Assembly: GCA_965113315.1 (NCBI GenBank)
Contig: OZ220373.1
DNA from: Podarcis vaucheri
Taxonomy: Eukaryota
Strand: one strand, 5' to 3'
Length of the DNA stretch: 64,000 nucleotides
Shown here: one piece after another, positions 24,417-37,849 of the stretch
Layout: every line of letters begins with the position of its first letter
Numbering within the stretch: the first letter of the stretch is position 1
Translations under genes and position numbers: made by a program
Notes under the pieces: model-generated
Seen by the model: only the letters and a program-made list of their open reading frames with translations
What the model was told of the DNA's origin: nothing
Database searches by the model: none

Positions 24417-25564
24417 TACAGCATTTGCAGTGTTCCGCTTAAGTCAAATCTTACAGCAGGTGTGGATTGACTTGGGCCTTGAGAAGTCTATTTCATAAAC
24501 TAAAATAATCTTGTTTCACTGATGTGTGTTTTAAATTTACAAAGCAAGAGTTCATGCTTTTAACCTTAGAACAGCAAAGGTATAGATCATTTTCCTAAGT
24601 GATCTTGAGTTTGGAAATATAAATGCCTGTCTGGATCAGATCAGATAACCGTCGTGCATTATTTGCAAGAATTTAGGGATGAGGAATCTGTGGCCTTCCA
24701 GGTGTTGATGGACTCCAATTCCAATCAGCTCCAGCCAATATGGCCAAAGATTGGGGATAATGGGAGTTGTAGTCTGGAAAAGAAGTACCAGTTTGCCATC
24801 CTTAACACCAGGTAGTCCACCAGAAATTGGCTAGTAGGCTGCGATTCACCTTCTTCCAATCTGTGTTGGAGACTACCAAGTCTGTTGGTGGCTTTTTAAG
24901 ACATGCAGCCATGCAAGTCCATTTCATGATTTAGTACTGAGCAGGCTGAGCAGGTGGGAGGAAACATATATTGCTTCCTACATTGGATTTTATGGTTTGG
25001 TTGGCATCTGTCTTGGGAGACAATGGAAGATTGTGCTTTCAAGGGTGAAGTCTAACCATTGAAGCGCCTGCTGTGACTGTAGAGACCCATAAGGGAGAGA
25101 CTTCTTTTTTGTTGCAGCTGGGGAAGATGAAGGTGTCCGGTTTTGCTGGTGCAGATGCACCATGGCTTTTCTTCTCTCTGCACTCCTCCCAGCAGTCATT
25201 TCTCCTTAACACCGCCGTTAGCTAATCAATTGCTAGTGCTGTTTTGCTACCTGCAAATCTCAAATGCTTTGGAAGTGCTAATTGATGTGATAGTGTTACC
25301 AAGTCCTGCTCACTTCCCCGAGATCAGGTTAGATTGATTTTTATCAAGATAACCAGTTGGCAATCCTTATTTTCAAAGCATTGGTTTTAATCAGTCTTCT
25401 GGAGAAGGGGCGTTTTCTCTTCTCTGTTGAAACCATCATCGGGACATTTCAAATTGCAGCTCAGCAGAACCTGTCTTGAGGAAATATTTATTGCTAGTCC
25501 CTGTAATACTGCTGACAGTGAGCACTCCATGCTCTGGTCCCAGGGTGTGGAATGAAGGTACATG

Positions 25565-25682
25565 AGGCCACCACCTTGCTGAAGCTAAGCATGTGTGGGT
25601 CTGGTCAGTGTCTGGATGAGGTTGGGAAGGTTATATATACCACCTTGGGTTCCATAGTGGAAAGAGGACAGGATATAAATTT
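25565..25682 (+). mobile_element. 5S rRNA-derived SINE-like relic
   Basis: gaagctaagcatgtgtgggtctggtcagtgtctggatg resembles the 5S internal control region (GAAGCTAAGCAGGGTCGGGCCTGGTTAGTACTTGGATG); related copy at 31030-31125. Confidence 0.55.
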
Positions 25683-25869
25683 AAGGTGGGTGGAAGGCAC
25701 CTAAAAGAATATAGGGAGGTTCTTTAATGTAGGGAGGATGTGGATGTAAGATTATGAACACTTTTTTTTAATCCTGACCCTTCTCCAAGGAATTCAGAGT
25801 GGCATGCATGCTCTTCACCACTGCTTTTATTTATCTTTTACAGCTACCCTGAGAAAGCAGTTTTGTGTG

Positions 25870-26860
25870 TGATGCAGTGTGCAACTGCTATGGAAAAGGC
25901 AAATTCCTTTTTGGATGTCATTAGAAAAGGCATTGCAAATAAAACTGCCAATAACGCAATGCCCTTACACAGATATTGGGGGGCGAGTGTCGCACTTGGT
26001 CTGGTCATTGCACCTCCAAAAAGGATATTGTGGCACTAGAAAAGGGCAGCCAAAATGACCAGGAGACTAGAGCATGGGTAGGCAAACTAAGGCCCAATTG
26101 CCTTCTAAATCCGGCCCATTGACGGTCTGGGAATCAGTGTGTTTTTACATGAGTAGAATGTGTGCTTTTATTTAAAATGCATCTCTGGGTTATTTGTGGG
26201 GCATAGGAATTCGTTCATCCCCCCCAAAAAATGTAGTTTGGCCCCCCCACCAGGTCCGAGGGACAGTGGTCCGGCCCCCTGCTGAAAAAGTTTGCTGACC
26301 CCTGGGCTAGAGCATCTCTCTCTTGTAAGGAAAGGCTGCAACATTTGAGGCTTCTTAGAAAAGGATGAGTGGAGGGTGGGGAGGAGATTGATGTGTCCAA
26401 AATTATATAAGGTGTGAAGAAGGTAGCATAGGAAGCTTTTCTCTCCCTCCCTCCTAAGGCTAGAACCCGGGGCCATCCAATTAAGCAGAAGGGGTGGGAG
26501 TTTCAAGACAGGCAGAAGGAAGCATGTCTTCACACAGCACCTAGTTAAACTGTGGAATTCGCTACCCAAAGATGTAGTGCTAGTTGCTGACTTGGACAGC
26601 TCTAAAATGGGATTAGACAAATGCATGGAGGATAAGGCTATCAGTGACTGCTAGTAACGATGGTTATATATTACCTCCAGCAATCAGAAGCAGTATGCCT
26701 CTGGATGCCAGTTGCGGAGGAACATGAGTGGGAGAGTGCTATTGCATTCATGCCTCACTTTCAGTTTTCCGTAGGCACCTGGTTGACTAATCGTGGTGGG
26801 AGAAAAATCCTGGACTCGATAGGCCCTTGTTCTGATACAGCAGGGCCCTTATGTTCCTGC
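25870..26860 (+). mobile_element. Old degenerate CR1 3' fragment, interrupted by a hAT MITE
   Basis: cagtgtgcaactgctatggaaaaggcaaattcc... and ctgtggaattcgctaccc...gggattagacaaatgcatggaggataaggctatc parallel the CR1 ORF2 end and 3' UTR. Confidence 0.7.
26073..26304. mobile_element. hAT (Charlie-like) MITE
   Basis: catgggtaggcaaac / gtttgctgacccctg; TSD gactagag/ggctagag; same family as 857-1092. Confidence 0.88.
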
Positions 26861-27460
26861 AATTGACCTAATCAGGAATTTGGCCCCTGCTCAAAGTCCC
26901 AGCATGCTAGCCGCTACATCACATGCCTTAAAAAATAAATAAATCTTTTGAGATAGTTTGGTGATTCCATAGTAACGTCTTCCTCCACCTTTTAACCAGT
27001 TTTATGTGAGAGCAATTGCAGAATTTGTTGCCAGTGGTGGCCATACTTCTGGGCCATTGTGCAAAATACATTTAGGATCCCTCTCCTAATTAACAGGCAT
27101 GGCAAAAGTGGTAGGAAGCTCTTCACTGATGACACTGTCAGTGCATGTCTTGGTCTCCAGGAAATTCCCACTACGTGTCTCTTTGAATTAGTAGAGGCGA
27201 CCGGGCTTTATACTTGGCATGTTTCTGGCAGAGAAAAAAGTTAAAACAAACCAAAGTTATTTTTATATCTGTCACATACAACAAAATTATCATATATGGT
27301 AATTTAAGGATATTTCTTTGTTTAGAGGGAGGCCCTCATACCCTATGTGGCCTCTACTGTTACTTGCTCCTTCTCAATTTTGCCTCAAAAGCTTGGGTTG
27401 AAAAATTAGTGGTATGCACTGTAAGCCATCTTTTCAGTTTGGTATGCATGCACATACAAC

Positions 27461-27765
27461 CATTGCTCAGTGGTAGAGCACATGCTCTGCATGCAGAAGG
27501 GCCCAGGTACAGTCCCTAGCAGCTCCAGATAAAACTGGGAAGGGTGCTCATCTGTAGCCTTGGGGATCTGTCCTCAGCCAGTGTAGATCAGCCTCTCCCA
27601 ACTGGTACCCAACTGTTTTGAACTACAGCTCCTATCCATCCCAGCCAGCATGGCCGATGGTCAAGAGTGTTGGGAGCTGTAATCAAAACACCTGTTGGGA
27701 AGCAGGTTAGGGAAAGCTGATGCAGAGAATATTGAACTAGATGGACTAATAGTCTTGAGTTCCTT
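27461..27765 (+). mobile_element. tRNA-Ala-like SINE with a palindromic MITE nested at 27589-27719
   Basis: Head gctcagtggtagagcacatgctctgcatgcagaagg; SINE tail (aatattgaactagatggac) resumes after the MITE. Confidence 0.65.
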
Positions 27766-29619
27766 TGCAACAAGAATGTAATCCTGGAAATATAAAGTTT
27801 TCATACTGAGGTCACTTTTTAAGGTTCTTGGATTTTCTTGTTTTTTAAATCACACACATGCTGGTGTTAAACAATTTTGCAACTGCATTTGAGAGCTGTT
27901 TGTGTATCATTGCTACTGCATTCCTTCTGCTCCAGAAGTCAATTAATATTGAAGGGAGCGAAGTCCAGTGGTAAATGGTTGTCAAATGACAACTTGGCTG
28001 AGGTGCAAAGTGGCAAGACCTGCTTTTCTGTAATGGGGTGACAGTGTTCTATTTGTTGTTCCCTACTCGAGATCCTTTGGTTTGTAGCCTTTAGTTTAAC
28101 TTAAACTGTAAAATTCATATATCTCGTTTTTCTGGGGGCTGCACCTCTGGAAGTGAGAGCATTACGGCTAGGATGCCAATCATTTGACCATCAAATGGTA
28201 ATCTATTAATTGACAATATATTTGACCATAGCCAGCAATTCCAAGGAGCTAAGGCCATTATATAGGCAGTTTCTTGCCACTGGTAGTTCACAAAAAGGGC
28301 TCAATCACACTTCCGTTTGCCCCACTGCTTTCCACTGGGAAAGTCCATGGTTTAGCGCTGAGTTAGAACAAACAGCAATTGGGTTTTCTGCAGATTGACA
28401 TTTGTTCTGAATTAGTGCTGAAGAGCAGGTTTTCTGGGGGAGAAGGCCAAACTGCTTGGACCTATTCTTTCTAGGCACAGGACAAGCGTAAATGACCAAG
28501 AGTTTTTGACCATTAAGGTGGCCGTGCTGCTTTAGACCTTGTCATGTTTCATTGCTTTGTCTTTGATGTTTTGCTATATATGGTCTAAAGTAAAATGACC
28601 ATTGAATGCAAGTGGTTCTCAGCTTCCCATACAGGTGGAAGAAAAATCATGCTGTTAAGCTGTAATTACAGACTACTCCGCATAAATACATGCTTAAATA
28701 TGCAACTGTTGTAGGAAAGGCCAAATGAAAGAACTGTAATGTTAGCCGTGGCGTGCCAGAATGTGGACGTGTAAATGCAAGCACTTGCAAGTTTGCTTGA
28801 GTTCTCTCTGAAGCTGATTGCTTTGTGCCAAGAATTGAGGAGGTCAAAACCAGATAGATGAGAGTCTAAAAGACTGTCACAAATACAGACAGTTCTCTCT
28901 GACTTGCACTAGGCTGTGGGGACTCTAGCTATGAGAATGATTCTGAGTAAGAGGGTGACCCCCTTTCTCTTGCTCTGCACAAGTTGGGGATCTTGGCAAA
29001 GGGATTTATGGCTCCTGTTGGGCATGAAGTTAGAGATCCTTTGGATTTTACTAGCCAAAGTTGGTTGAGAATCCAGTAATGGATAGTGCGCTGAACTCTG
29101 CGAAGGGAAACCTTGATTCAGATCTGTTCAGCTTTGTTCTTCATCTGCTTGCATTTTCTCAACCGAATGCTTTTCACAGGGGTTTGGGTAGGATTTATTA
29201 TGAAATGGAATAACGCCTCCTAATCTGCCGTGAGTTCCTTGGAGAAAGGGTGGGATACAGTTGTAATAAACATGCCTGCAATCACCTTTTTACTTAAAAC
29301 TGCTTTTAAGTAAGAACAACGGTTTCTTGTGACACCTTAAAGACTAGCACATTTATTATGACATAAGCTTTTGTGGGCTTAATCCAATGCAGATGCTTTT
29401 AAGCAGTCACAGCAACTGCCCCCCTTTATGTCTTCACGGTGAATTGCGGCTTTATTTAACCGCTTCCATGTTGAAATTCAAGGTTGCTTAGGATGCAGCT
29501 TTGCTTCCAGAGCAGAATTCATCTGTTGTTTTGTGAACTGGTGTTCCCTTGCTGAACAAAGCATTGGTGTGTGAGGGCTATAAAAAGAGGGTTTGGGGGG
29601 AGTTGTTGTTGTTGAAAAG

Positions 29620-29620
<1 letters not shown>

Positions 29621-29659
<39 letters not shown>
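29621..29659. repeat. (CA)n microsatellite
   Basis: Direct reading. Confidence 0.95.
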
Positions 29660-29661
<2 letters not shown>

Positions 29662-30398
29662 TTTTCTCCTTCCTTTGGAACACAAGCCCCTTGCCTCTGT
29701 ATATCAGCCAGGTTCTTTGTCACTGGCTTCACTGCTTTCCATGTTTTAGGAAAGCAAATTTCTGCAGCCTCTACTTGTTGGGAGCATCCCCCCATGGTTT
29801 AGAACCCTGGTCATCCAGGGTTCAGAATAGTGGGGGGAGCCTTCATGGGTAGAAAAGGCAGTGTGCCGCTGAAGTTCACTTTCTCAGAATGTGGACAGTG
29901 ATGAAGCTGGCAGCGTGGACTCCTATGTGCTCTCCCCTTGCATGACGACAGCTATGCGTGTGAGGAAATGCCCAAATAGGGTTAGTGTGAATGCCAGCAG
30001 AGAACTCCCCACTTGCATGGGGACTAGCAAATGGAGCAAAAATCCAAGCTGAATTTCAGCAGCTGGGTTATGATAGCTTGTTCCAAGTTTATTTTTCATT
30101 TTAAGTTCTTGGCTTGGATCGTGAAACTATGATGCAAGCTTGGCTTGCAGCTGCAGCAGTGTCCGCAGTTCATTAGTACTGGAGGCAACTCCCTTCCTCC
30201 GTTGTGTTAGCCCAAGCTGTCAAACAGCATTGTCTTCCTTGGCGATGGAGGGAATATTACTGTAAATATTTGTGAATTCTATGCATGTGAAAGAGTTGCT
30301 TTACCTACTATCTGCAGCTTAAATGTACTAGGTTTCAGAGCACATTGCTGTGTCCGAGGTTTCAGTGGGGCTTTCTGAATGTTTTTGATGGGGAAGAT

Positions 30399-30640
30399 AA
30401 GGGAAAGGTAAAAGGACCCCTGACCATTAGGTCCAGTCGTGGCCAACTCTGGGGTTGCGGCGCTCATCTCGCTTTATTGGCCGAGGGAGCCAACGTTTGT
30501 CCGCAGACAGCTTCTGGGTCATGTGGCCAGCATGACTAAGCTGCTTCTGCCGAACCAGAGCAGCGCACAGAAACGCCATTTACCTTCCTGCCGGAGCAGT
30601 ACCTATTTATCTACTTGCACTTTGACATGCTTTCGAACTG
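30399..30640 (-). mobile_element. Sauria SINE, 5'-truncated
   Basis: 3' ~240 bp of the family; tRNA head missing. Confidence 0.9.
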
Positions 30641-31125
30641 TACTTCCAAGCAAATGCAGCCCCACACTTTGTTTTTCAGTGAGGACCAGCTTATTATGGG
30701 TGAAAAAATATGTGAAGTCTCCTTCCTAACAGTCCTTTGCAGCCAATTTCTTAAGGGCTCTGCTGCACAAGGCAGAATGCAGGCATTGCTTTTTGAGTTG
30801 CAGTAGTGCGCTAGTGTACCACAATACGAGAGATCGCACCAATGCACCATCTACAAGGGTTGATCACATTACTCATAGTCCTGTGCTACCTTCAGAAGCT
30901 AACATCATGGCATTATAAGCTTCTATGGGCAAGAGACCATTTTCAGGTGCCTAAAATGGTCTGAAGTGTAGAGAGGTGTTTAGCTCCTTACGGCCCAGGG
31001 CATATGGTGAGAGGGAACATAATGCATTATCCTTGGGCGAAGCTAAGGAGGTCTGGGTTTGGTCAAGGCTTGAGATGACAAATATCTGGGAGCTCCATAT
31101 ATGCCGCCTTGAGTTCCATGTAAAC

Positions 31126-31346
31126 CAGGCATGTCCAAAGTCCGTTTTGGGGGCGTAATCCGGCACGCCGGTTGGTTCAATCCAGCCCCTGTGGCAGTTA
31201 ATTTCCTTGGGGTAAAATCCTAAAAAGACTCAACAACTTCAATCCTAAAAAAAGGTTAACGACTTTGGTCGGCCCTTTGGTCAGCCCTCACGGCCCTTCA
31301 CTTCATCAGATCTTGGCCCTCTTTGAAAAAAGTTTGGACACCACTG
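31126..31346. mobile_element. hAT (Charlie-like) MITE inserted in a 5S-derived SINE relic
   Basis: caggcatgtccaaa / tttggacaccactg; TSD atgtaaac/gtgtaaac. Confidence 0.8.
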
Positions 31347-31869
31347 GTGTAAACTGAGGATGGGAAAGGGCTTCAGTTCAGTGGTAGAGCATCTGTTTTG
31401 CATCTCAGGTTCAATCTCTCGCATGAGGGAATGTGCCCTTCCTAAAGCCCTAGCAGGTTTCTGCCAATCAGTGTAGACAATACTGAGTTAGCTAGCACAA
31501 TGGTCCACCTCTGTATAAGGCAACTTCCTATGTTCCTGTGGAGACGGGAATAAAAATTTGACAAAGGGGAGCACCCGTTGCAAGAGGGAGCAGCCACACT
31601 ACTATGCAGAGGACAAATGAATGCAATCCAACCAAAGTGTGTATGTGCAGTGACTCTGCTTTGTGCAAGGTCTTGTGTGAAGTGCTTAGAGTGAAGTACC
31701 TAGAATGGTCCATTATAGATTGTTCATAGCCCTCTTTGTGGAGAAAGGGTGTGTTTTCCTTTGCAAGCTAATGTACTGGTTTTAAGGGAAACAAAGGCAC
31801 TTCCTAGTGTTTCTTTCTAGTGAGCTGTTTCTTTCCTTTCTCTCCCTCTCTCTCCCCTTCCTTCTCCAG

Positions 31870-32000
31870 ACCAATGAGTGGAATAAGAATGATGACCGAC
31901 TGCTGCAAGCTGTGGAGCATGGCGACGCAGAGAAAGTGGCATCGCTGCTGGGTAAAAAGGGAGCCAACGCCACCAAACACGACAGTGAGGGCAAGACTGC
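31870..32000 (+). CDS. RAI14: RAI14 coding exon (~exon 3): [44 protein letters not shown]
   Basis: Long polypyrimidine tract then ctccag|ACC; donor GC|gtaagt; 131 nt; start of the ankyrin region. Confidence 0.97.
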
Positions 32001-32637
32001 GTAAGTAGCTTAGCTAAGATGGCAACCATTTTTTATTCCATACCCAATAAATAAATAAAATTCCCGTTTGCTAGGAACTTGTAATATTGCGAGTTACTGC
32101 TTCACGCCAGTGGGTCATCCAGATCCTACCACTGCTATGCCTAATTCATTTGCAAACACTTTTATTTTATTGCTGGAATAATTGTGTCAGGCACCACTGT
32201 TTTAAATCAAGGTACGGTGCATTTCCTGTAGAAATCAGCCATGCAGCATGTTTACTATCAGTGTCCAAGGTTTTTGTTAAATCAAATTTTCCACCTGCAC
32301 CCAGCAGACACCCCATGTTAAAAGAATAGAGTCAAATTGATTCAAAGTGTGCTTTGCTCCATGCTTACATGCTATATCAATGCAGTGGCAAATTCTTCAG
32401 CTGTTGCTAAATGTTCTACAAACAGGACAATCCAATGGCCCTTGCGTTGATGTTAATCTCAACTCAGTGACATTTACACCCATGCAAGGCCCTTTGGAGC
32501 ATGCTGAAAATCACTTGTCTATTCCTGCTGCTGCCTCAGATTTGTGCTGCCTGGTACTTCTCAAACCAACCCAGGTTTCACCAAGATTGCCTTTTAAGCA
32601 CAATGCAGCTGGTGCCTTAAAGTGTTCCATCATAGAT

Positions 32638-32772
32638 AGCTCAACGAAGATGTCGACCCAGTGTGTGCCAGCTGTGAAAAAGGCAAATGCCGTGCTAGGG
32701 ATTGTTAGGGAAGGAGCTGAAAATAAAATAAAGTTGCATATCATAATACCATTATACAAATCTATAGTGCAA
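32638..32772 (+). mobile_element. Short old CR1 ORF2 fragment
   Basis: MSTQCVPAVKKANAVLGIV...IIPLYKSIV parallels CR1 [19 protein letters not shown]...IVPLYSALV. Confidence 0.75.
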
Positions 32773-33912
32773 AGTCCTGCTTAGGAAGGCAGTTCTACTT
32801 GGCATGAACCTTAGTGCTGATGCAGATGTAATGCACTGGTTTAATCAAACCGAGGAAAGGAGGAGAAATTTTTGCAGGAGTTGTGGCTAAGGGACCCAAT
32901 CACCTTCATGCCCCCAAATTGCTAACTCTGATTAGGAGATTGGTTCAGAAACAGCACTCCTGTTTTTCTATGGGCCAAACAATCCATCGCATAATTGGTT
33001 TTAAATTAAATGCAGGTCTGCCCTAATAACTTGTAAAGTGAGGGCTCTGCAAATGATGTACGCCAAGGTGTCTGTCTTCTGCTTTCTTCCATAGTGTGTC
33101 CTATCAAGACAATTTTTATCTGCCTGTGGTCCAGTATTGCAAAGTATCCTCAAGTTTGGAGAGAAATAGCTAGGAAGAAGGAATTGTGGACAGGAGAGAG
33201 TTCAGTGTTTCTTGACAAATTCTCAATTTTGTGCAAAAATCGCACCCAGACTGCCATCCTTTTTTACACGTGAATTGGGACAGGCATGGTTTAGACATGC
33301 TATTGTCATGTGTAGGAAACCCTGTAATATATTTGTGTGGAATAATGTAGTAAAGGATAGGCGCCTTACTAAAAAATATTACTACACAAGACAGGGACAG
33401 GGAACCTGTAGTCTTCCGTGTGTGTGTGTGTTAGGACTCCATCAACCTCAGCCAGTATGGCCAGTGGTTAGGGATGCTGTCACTTGTAGTCAAAGAGGAT
33501 CTGGAGGGCCGTGGGTCCCACACCAGAAACCTCAAAGGTATTTGTATATGTTTCCTGTTCCAGTTCGAGTTCTGATGTCTCATGCAGAGTTTGCCATGCC
33601 TTTTCTTTTTCTTTAAATAAAAGCACAAGATTTTTGGCATTAATCTTTTACAGCCACAGAGAGAATCAATTTTCTGGACAGTTGAGAAATAGCTTAATGG
33701 TTCACGTCCCTTGAAAAAACAAAAGGCTTTTAAAATGTGGGCAGATTGGGAGAGAGGAAGAGCCATTCATAGGGAGAGTGAGTGACTCCTGGGCAGCTTC
33801 TTGCACACTATGAAGCTGAAAAGCACAGCCCTCCAGGCTTTGTTTATGGAGCCACACGCTTGGCTTCTTGCTTGCTCTGCTAGTTCTGTTCAGCAGCGTT
33901 TTATGTTTGGAT

Positions 33913-34137
33913 GAAGAGTTTGGACCTTTCACTCCCCTTAAGGAGTCTCAAAGCGGCTAACACTCTCCTTTCCCTTCCTCCCCACAACAAACACTCTGTG
34001 AGGTGAGTGGGGCTGAGAGACTTCAGAGAAGTGTGACTGGCCCAAGGTCACCCAGCAGCTGCATGTGGAGGAGCGGAGACGCGAACCCGGTTCCCCAGAT
34101 TACGAGTCCACTGCTCTTAACCACTACACCACGCTGG
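33913..34137 (-). mobile_element. Young tRNA-derived SINE (Squam3-like)
   Basis: Near-identical to 11521-11757. Confidence 0.85.
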
Positions 34138-34328
34138 ATAAAGAAACAGAATGATGGTGTTGTCTGCAAGTGACCTGACTGGAATCCTCTTCCGTAGCAT
34201 CTTAAATATGGCATTAAAAGGATCTGTATCCCTTTTGAAAAGGGAAAAAAAAGAGAAGAATTTGAGTGGGCTATAGCCAACTAAGTTTTACTCAGAGAAG
34301 ACCTATTGAAATCAGTGGACTTAAGTTA

Positions 34329-34625
34329 CAGTGGTGCCCCGCAAGACGAATGCCTCGCAAGACGAAAAACGCGCAAGACGAAAGAGTTTTCCGTTTTTTG
34401 AGTCGTTCCGCAAGACGAATTTCCCTATGGGCTTGCTTTGCAAGACGAAAAGTCTTGCGAGTTCTTGCGAGTTTGTTTCCTTTTTCTTAAAGCCGCTAAG
34501 TCGTTAATAGCCACTAAGCCGTTAATAGCCGCTAAGCCGCTAATAGCCGTGCTTCGCAAGACGAAAAAACCGCAAGACGAAGAGACTCGCAAAACGGATT
34601 AATTTCGTCTTGCGAGGCACCACTA
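34329..34625. mobile_element. Tigger/pogo-type MITE (family A), opposite orientation
   Basis: TA TSD; cagtggtgccccgcaagacgaa / ttcgtcttgcgaggcaccacta; internal (TA)GCCGCTAA repeats. Confidence 0.88.
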
Positions 34626-35746
34626 TATCTGCATCTATTCATTTGACTGTGAGCAGGACTAATATTGGATACAGTCGGTTGGGTTCCCAAAATCACTCAA
34701 GCACATGACATTTAAGTGTCCTGTGTATTTTGGCTGCATGCACACACTTCTTTACTGAGATTAGATTCTTCAGCCTTAATAAATCCCAAGAGAGCGTGTT
34801 TCTTCAGACTTCCTCAGCTGGAAAATGATGCATTACATGATCAGTTTTTACCAGGAAACAGTGGTTACCTGGGTTTGCATCAGAATCTCCTGCTAAAACA
34901 AAGGGAAGAAACTTGGTTCAGGATCGCCTTTCAAGGTGCTTTGAGGACCTGGCTGTGGGACTTCAAAGCACCTTGCGCCCGCCATCATTCTGATATCAGG
35001 TGATTGACAGGTAGGGGCCCCTGATAATGATCTGTCTCACAGCTATAAAAGAGGTCTAAGAGCAAAGTTCATTTCTGCTGCATAGTTGCCCTTAGAGATG
35101 CCTTAGCTGATATTCCCAGCCTTAGGTCTGTGCAGCCTCATTTTACGATGTAGCCATGGATGAATGATTTATCGATTCCATAACCGACTCGCTTCCTGGT
35201 GTGTGTGTTTACATAATTAGTCTGGAGATGACACAAAGACCAAAATACAGTGACAAAGTCTGTTATGCAACTAATTCTCCCAGTGGGATGGATTTTTTTG
35301 TATTTCTATTGTAATGGAACTGGCGACTGAAACACAGCAACATTGCGCCCGTTTCCAAGAGCCTTCCCTGATGCTAAAACAGGAGTTTACCCTTTGCACT
35401 GCACTCATCCTAACTTGGCTCTATCGGGCTTGTTACCATCATAGTTCAAACCTGGTAGAATAGGTGGGATATTGAGAGAAGTAGGAACTGCTATTGCTTG
35501 TGAATATTGTTTGTTTCCTTTTCATATAAGGAGATTCTCCATTTAGGAGGGGAAAACGCCGCATATGTACTCAGTTCTGAGCTTACTTCGATCATCTGAG
35601 ATAAGAACTACTAATAAAACATAGTCAGGCTGGCAGGCTCTCTGGCCCAGTTCACATATTTTATTTTTTCCTCTTCTTTCCTCCAAGAAGCTCAACGTGT
35701 TTCCCCTGTCTTATCCTCACAATAACAGTGTGAGAGAGTCATCCAG

Positions 35747-36527
35747 TAGAATCATAGAATCATAGAGTTGGAAGAGACCACAAGGGCCATCGAGTCCAAC
35801 CCCCTGCCAAGCAGGAAACACCATCAGAGCACTCCTGACATATGGTTGTCAAGCCTCTGCTTAAAGACCTCCAAAGTAGGAGACTCCACCACACTCCTTG
35901 GCAGCAAATTCCAGTGTTGAACAGCTCTTACTGTCAGGAAGTTCTTCCTAATGTTTAGGTGGAATCTTCTTTCTTGTAGTTTGGATCCATTGCTCCGTGT
36001 CCGCTTCTCTGGAGCAGCAGAAAACAACCTTTCTCCCTCCTCTATGTGACACCCTTTTATATATTTGAACATGGCTATCATATCACCCCTTAACCTCCTC
36101 TTCTCCAGGCTAAACATGCCCAGCTCCCTTAGCCGTTCCTCATAAGGCATCGTTTCCAGGCCTTTGACCATTTTGGTTGCCCTCCTCTGGACACGTTCCA
36201 GTTTGTCAGTGTCCTTCTTGAATTGTGGTGCCCAGAACTGGACACAGTACTCCAGGTGTGGTCTGACCAGAGCAGAATACAGTGGCACTATTACTTCCCT
36301 TGATCTAGATGCTATACTCCTATTGATGCAGCCCAGAATCGCATTGGCTTTTTTAGCTGCCGCGTCACACTGTTGGCTCATGTCAAGTTTGTGGTCAACC
36401 AAGACTCCTAGATCCTTTTCACATGTACTGCTCTCAAGCCAGGTGTCACCCATCTTGTATTTGTGCCTCTCATTTTTGCCCAAGTGCAATACTTTACATT
36501 TCTCCCTGTTAAAATTCATCTTGTTTG
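35747..36527 (-). mobile_element. CR1 LINE 3' fragment (~780 bp), same young family as 13960-17114, inserted in an older SINE (~35660-36600)
   Basis: ORF 35824-36519(-) is almost identical to the ORF2 C-terminus of the first copy and open to the natural stop; same tail. Confidence 0.96.
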
Positions 36528-37849
36528 AATTTCCATGCCTGAGTGGGGATTTGAACCCTGGTCTTCCAGCTCCTAGTCCAGCACTCTAACTACTACACTA
36601 CATTTGCTCACATATTTTAGCTACAAGTGTGGAAGTGTTTCTGCTTTTTCGTTGTCAGATTCCACACAAATGTTGCCATTCCTTTAGGCTGAATCCTTTC
36701 CTGCTCTGGTTCATGGAGGAAATACGTTATGCTTATACAAAAGGGAGGGCCTGCTCTGTGGCAGCCCCCTCTCCCTGACTCTGGGATGCTCTCCCAAAAG
36801 AGATATGCCTGGCATCTATGCTGTATTCCTCCTGGCACCAAGTTTAAAAAGTCTTTATTTGCCTAGATAGTTGAAGCAGGTGGTTGAGTGGTTTTTTTCC
36901 TTCCATTCAGTTGGGTTATCTTTTTTGCTTAATGATTTATGTTGCTTTTAATGTTGTTTTGTGGATTATACGATTTAAAAATGTTTATATGCACCCTTTT
37001 GGATAAAGGTGTAGTAAAGGAAATTCCTTTAAATCAATAATAAAAGCATGATTGATGTGATTATGTGGAACATGCCCTTCCCATGTCATTCTGTTATCTA
37101 TAGTTTTTTTTATGCAGCACATGTCGTTTTCACTGGCCTTAGAGAAACTGGAGTCCTGATTCCAAGTTTGGGGTTTTCATGAATGCTAAGCAATTTTCAC
37201 GAATGCCAAGCAAGCAGCAACTAAATGATGTAACTGATCTCTATGCATAGACTAGACTTCAGTGGCTTTTCACAAAGGTATTTAAACATTTGTTGTGACT
37301 TACTTCCTTGGGGTTTGTTTTTTTTTCCAAAGAAGCGCAGAAATATGCCTGAGGAGATTTGTCTTTTTGCACATCAGACCCTCCTCCCGCCACCGGGAGG
37401 GGAGGTGGTGGTGGTTCAGCTGAGGTTAGGACAAGATACACCTTGGAAAAGCATGATAATTGCAGTGAATTCATGGTACTGGCAGAAGTTGCTCTCAATG
37501 ATTGATGAGATAGTTGAAACTACCTGGGAAGGTTAGCTAAGGTAATTTTGTAGGAGGTGGGTAAAACTTTGGTTTACAGACTTAAAATTGTGTGGGTGCA
37601 GTCGGACACAGGAACAAGAAGGAGCAAGATATTTAGAGCATTTGTACCCCTCTCATCAGCCAAAAAGGCTCTCGGAGCAGCATGGATGTTTGGATAGTTT
37701 GGCAAGAAGAGCCATTGTCCTGTGATGCAGCACATGCCTTGCTTTGCAGGAAGGTCCTGGGTTCAATCCACGACAGTTCCAGGAAGGTCTTGTATAAACT
37801 CCTGTCCGGAGAGCTGCTCGATATGCCACTGCCTGTTGCATTTTAAATA

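Noticed and set aside
25581-25618. Possible 5S rRNA gene
   Set aside because: Only a short degenerate match to the internal promoter.
1-31869. Independent protein-coding gene among the many short ORFs in the first half
   Set aside because: Apart from retroelement remnants, none shows a recognisable domain or a consistent exon chain.
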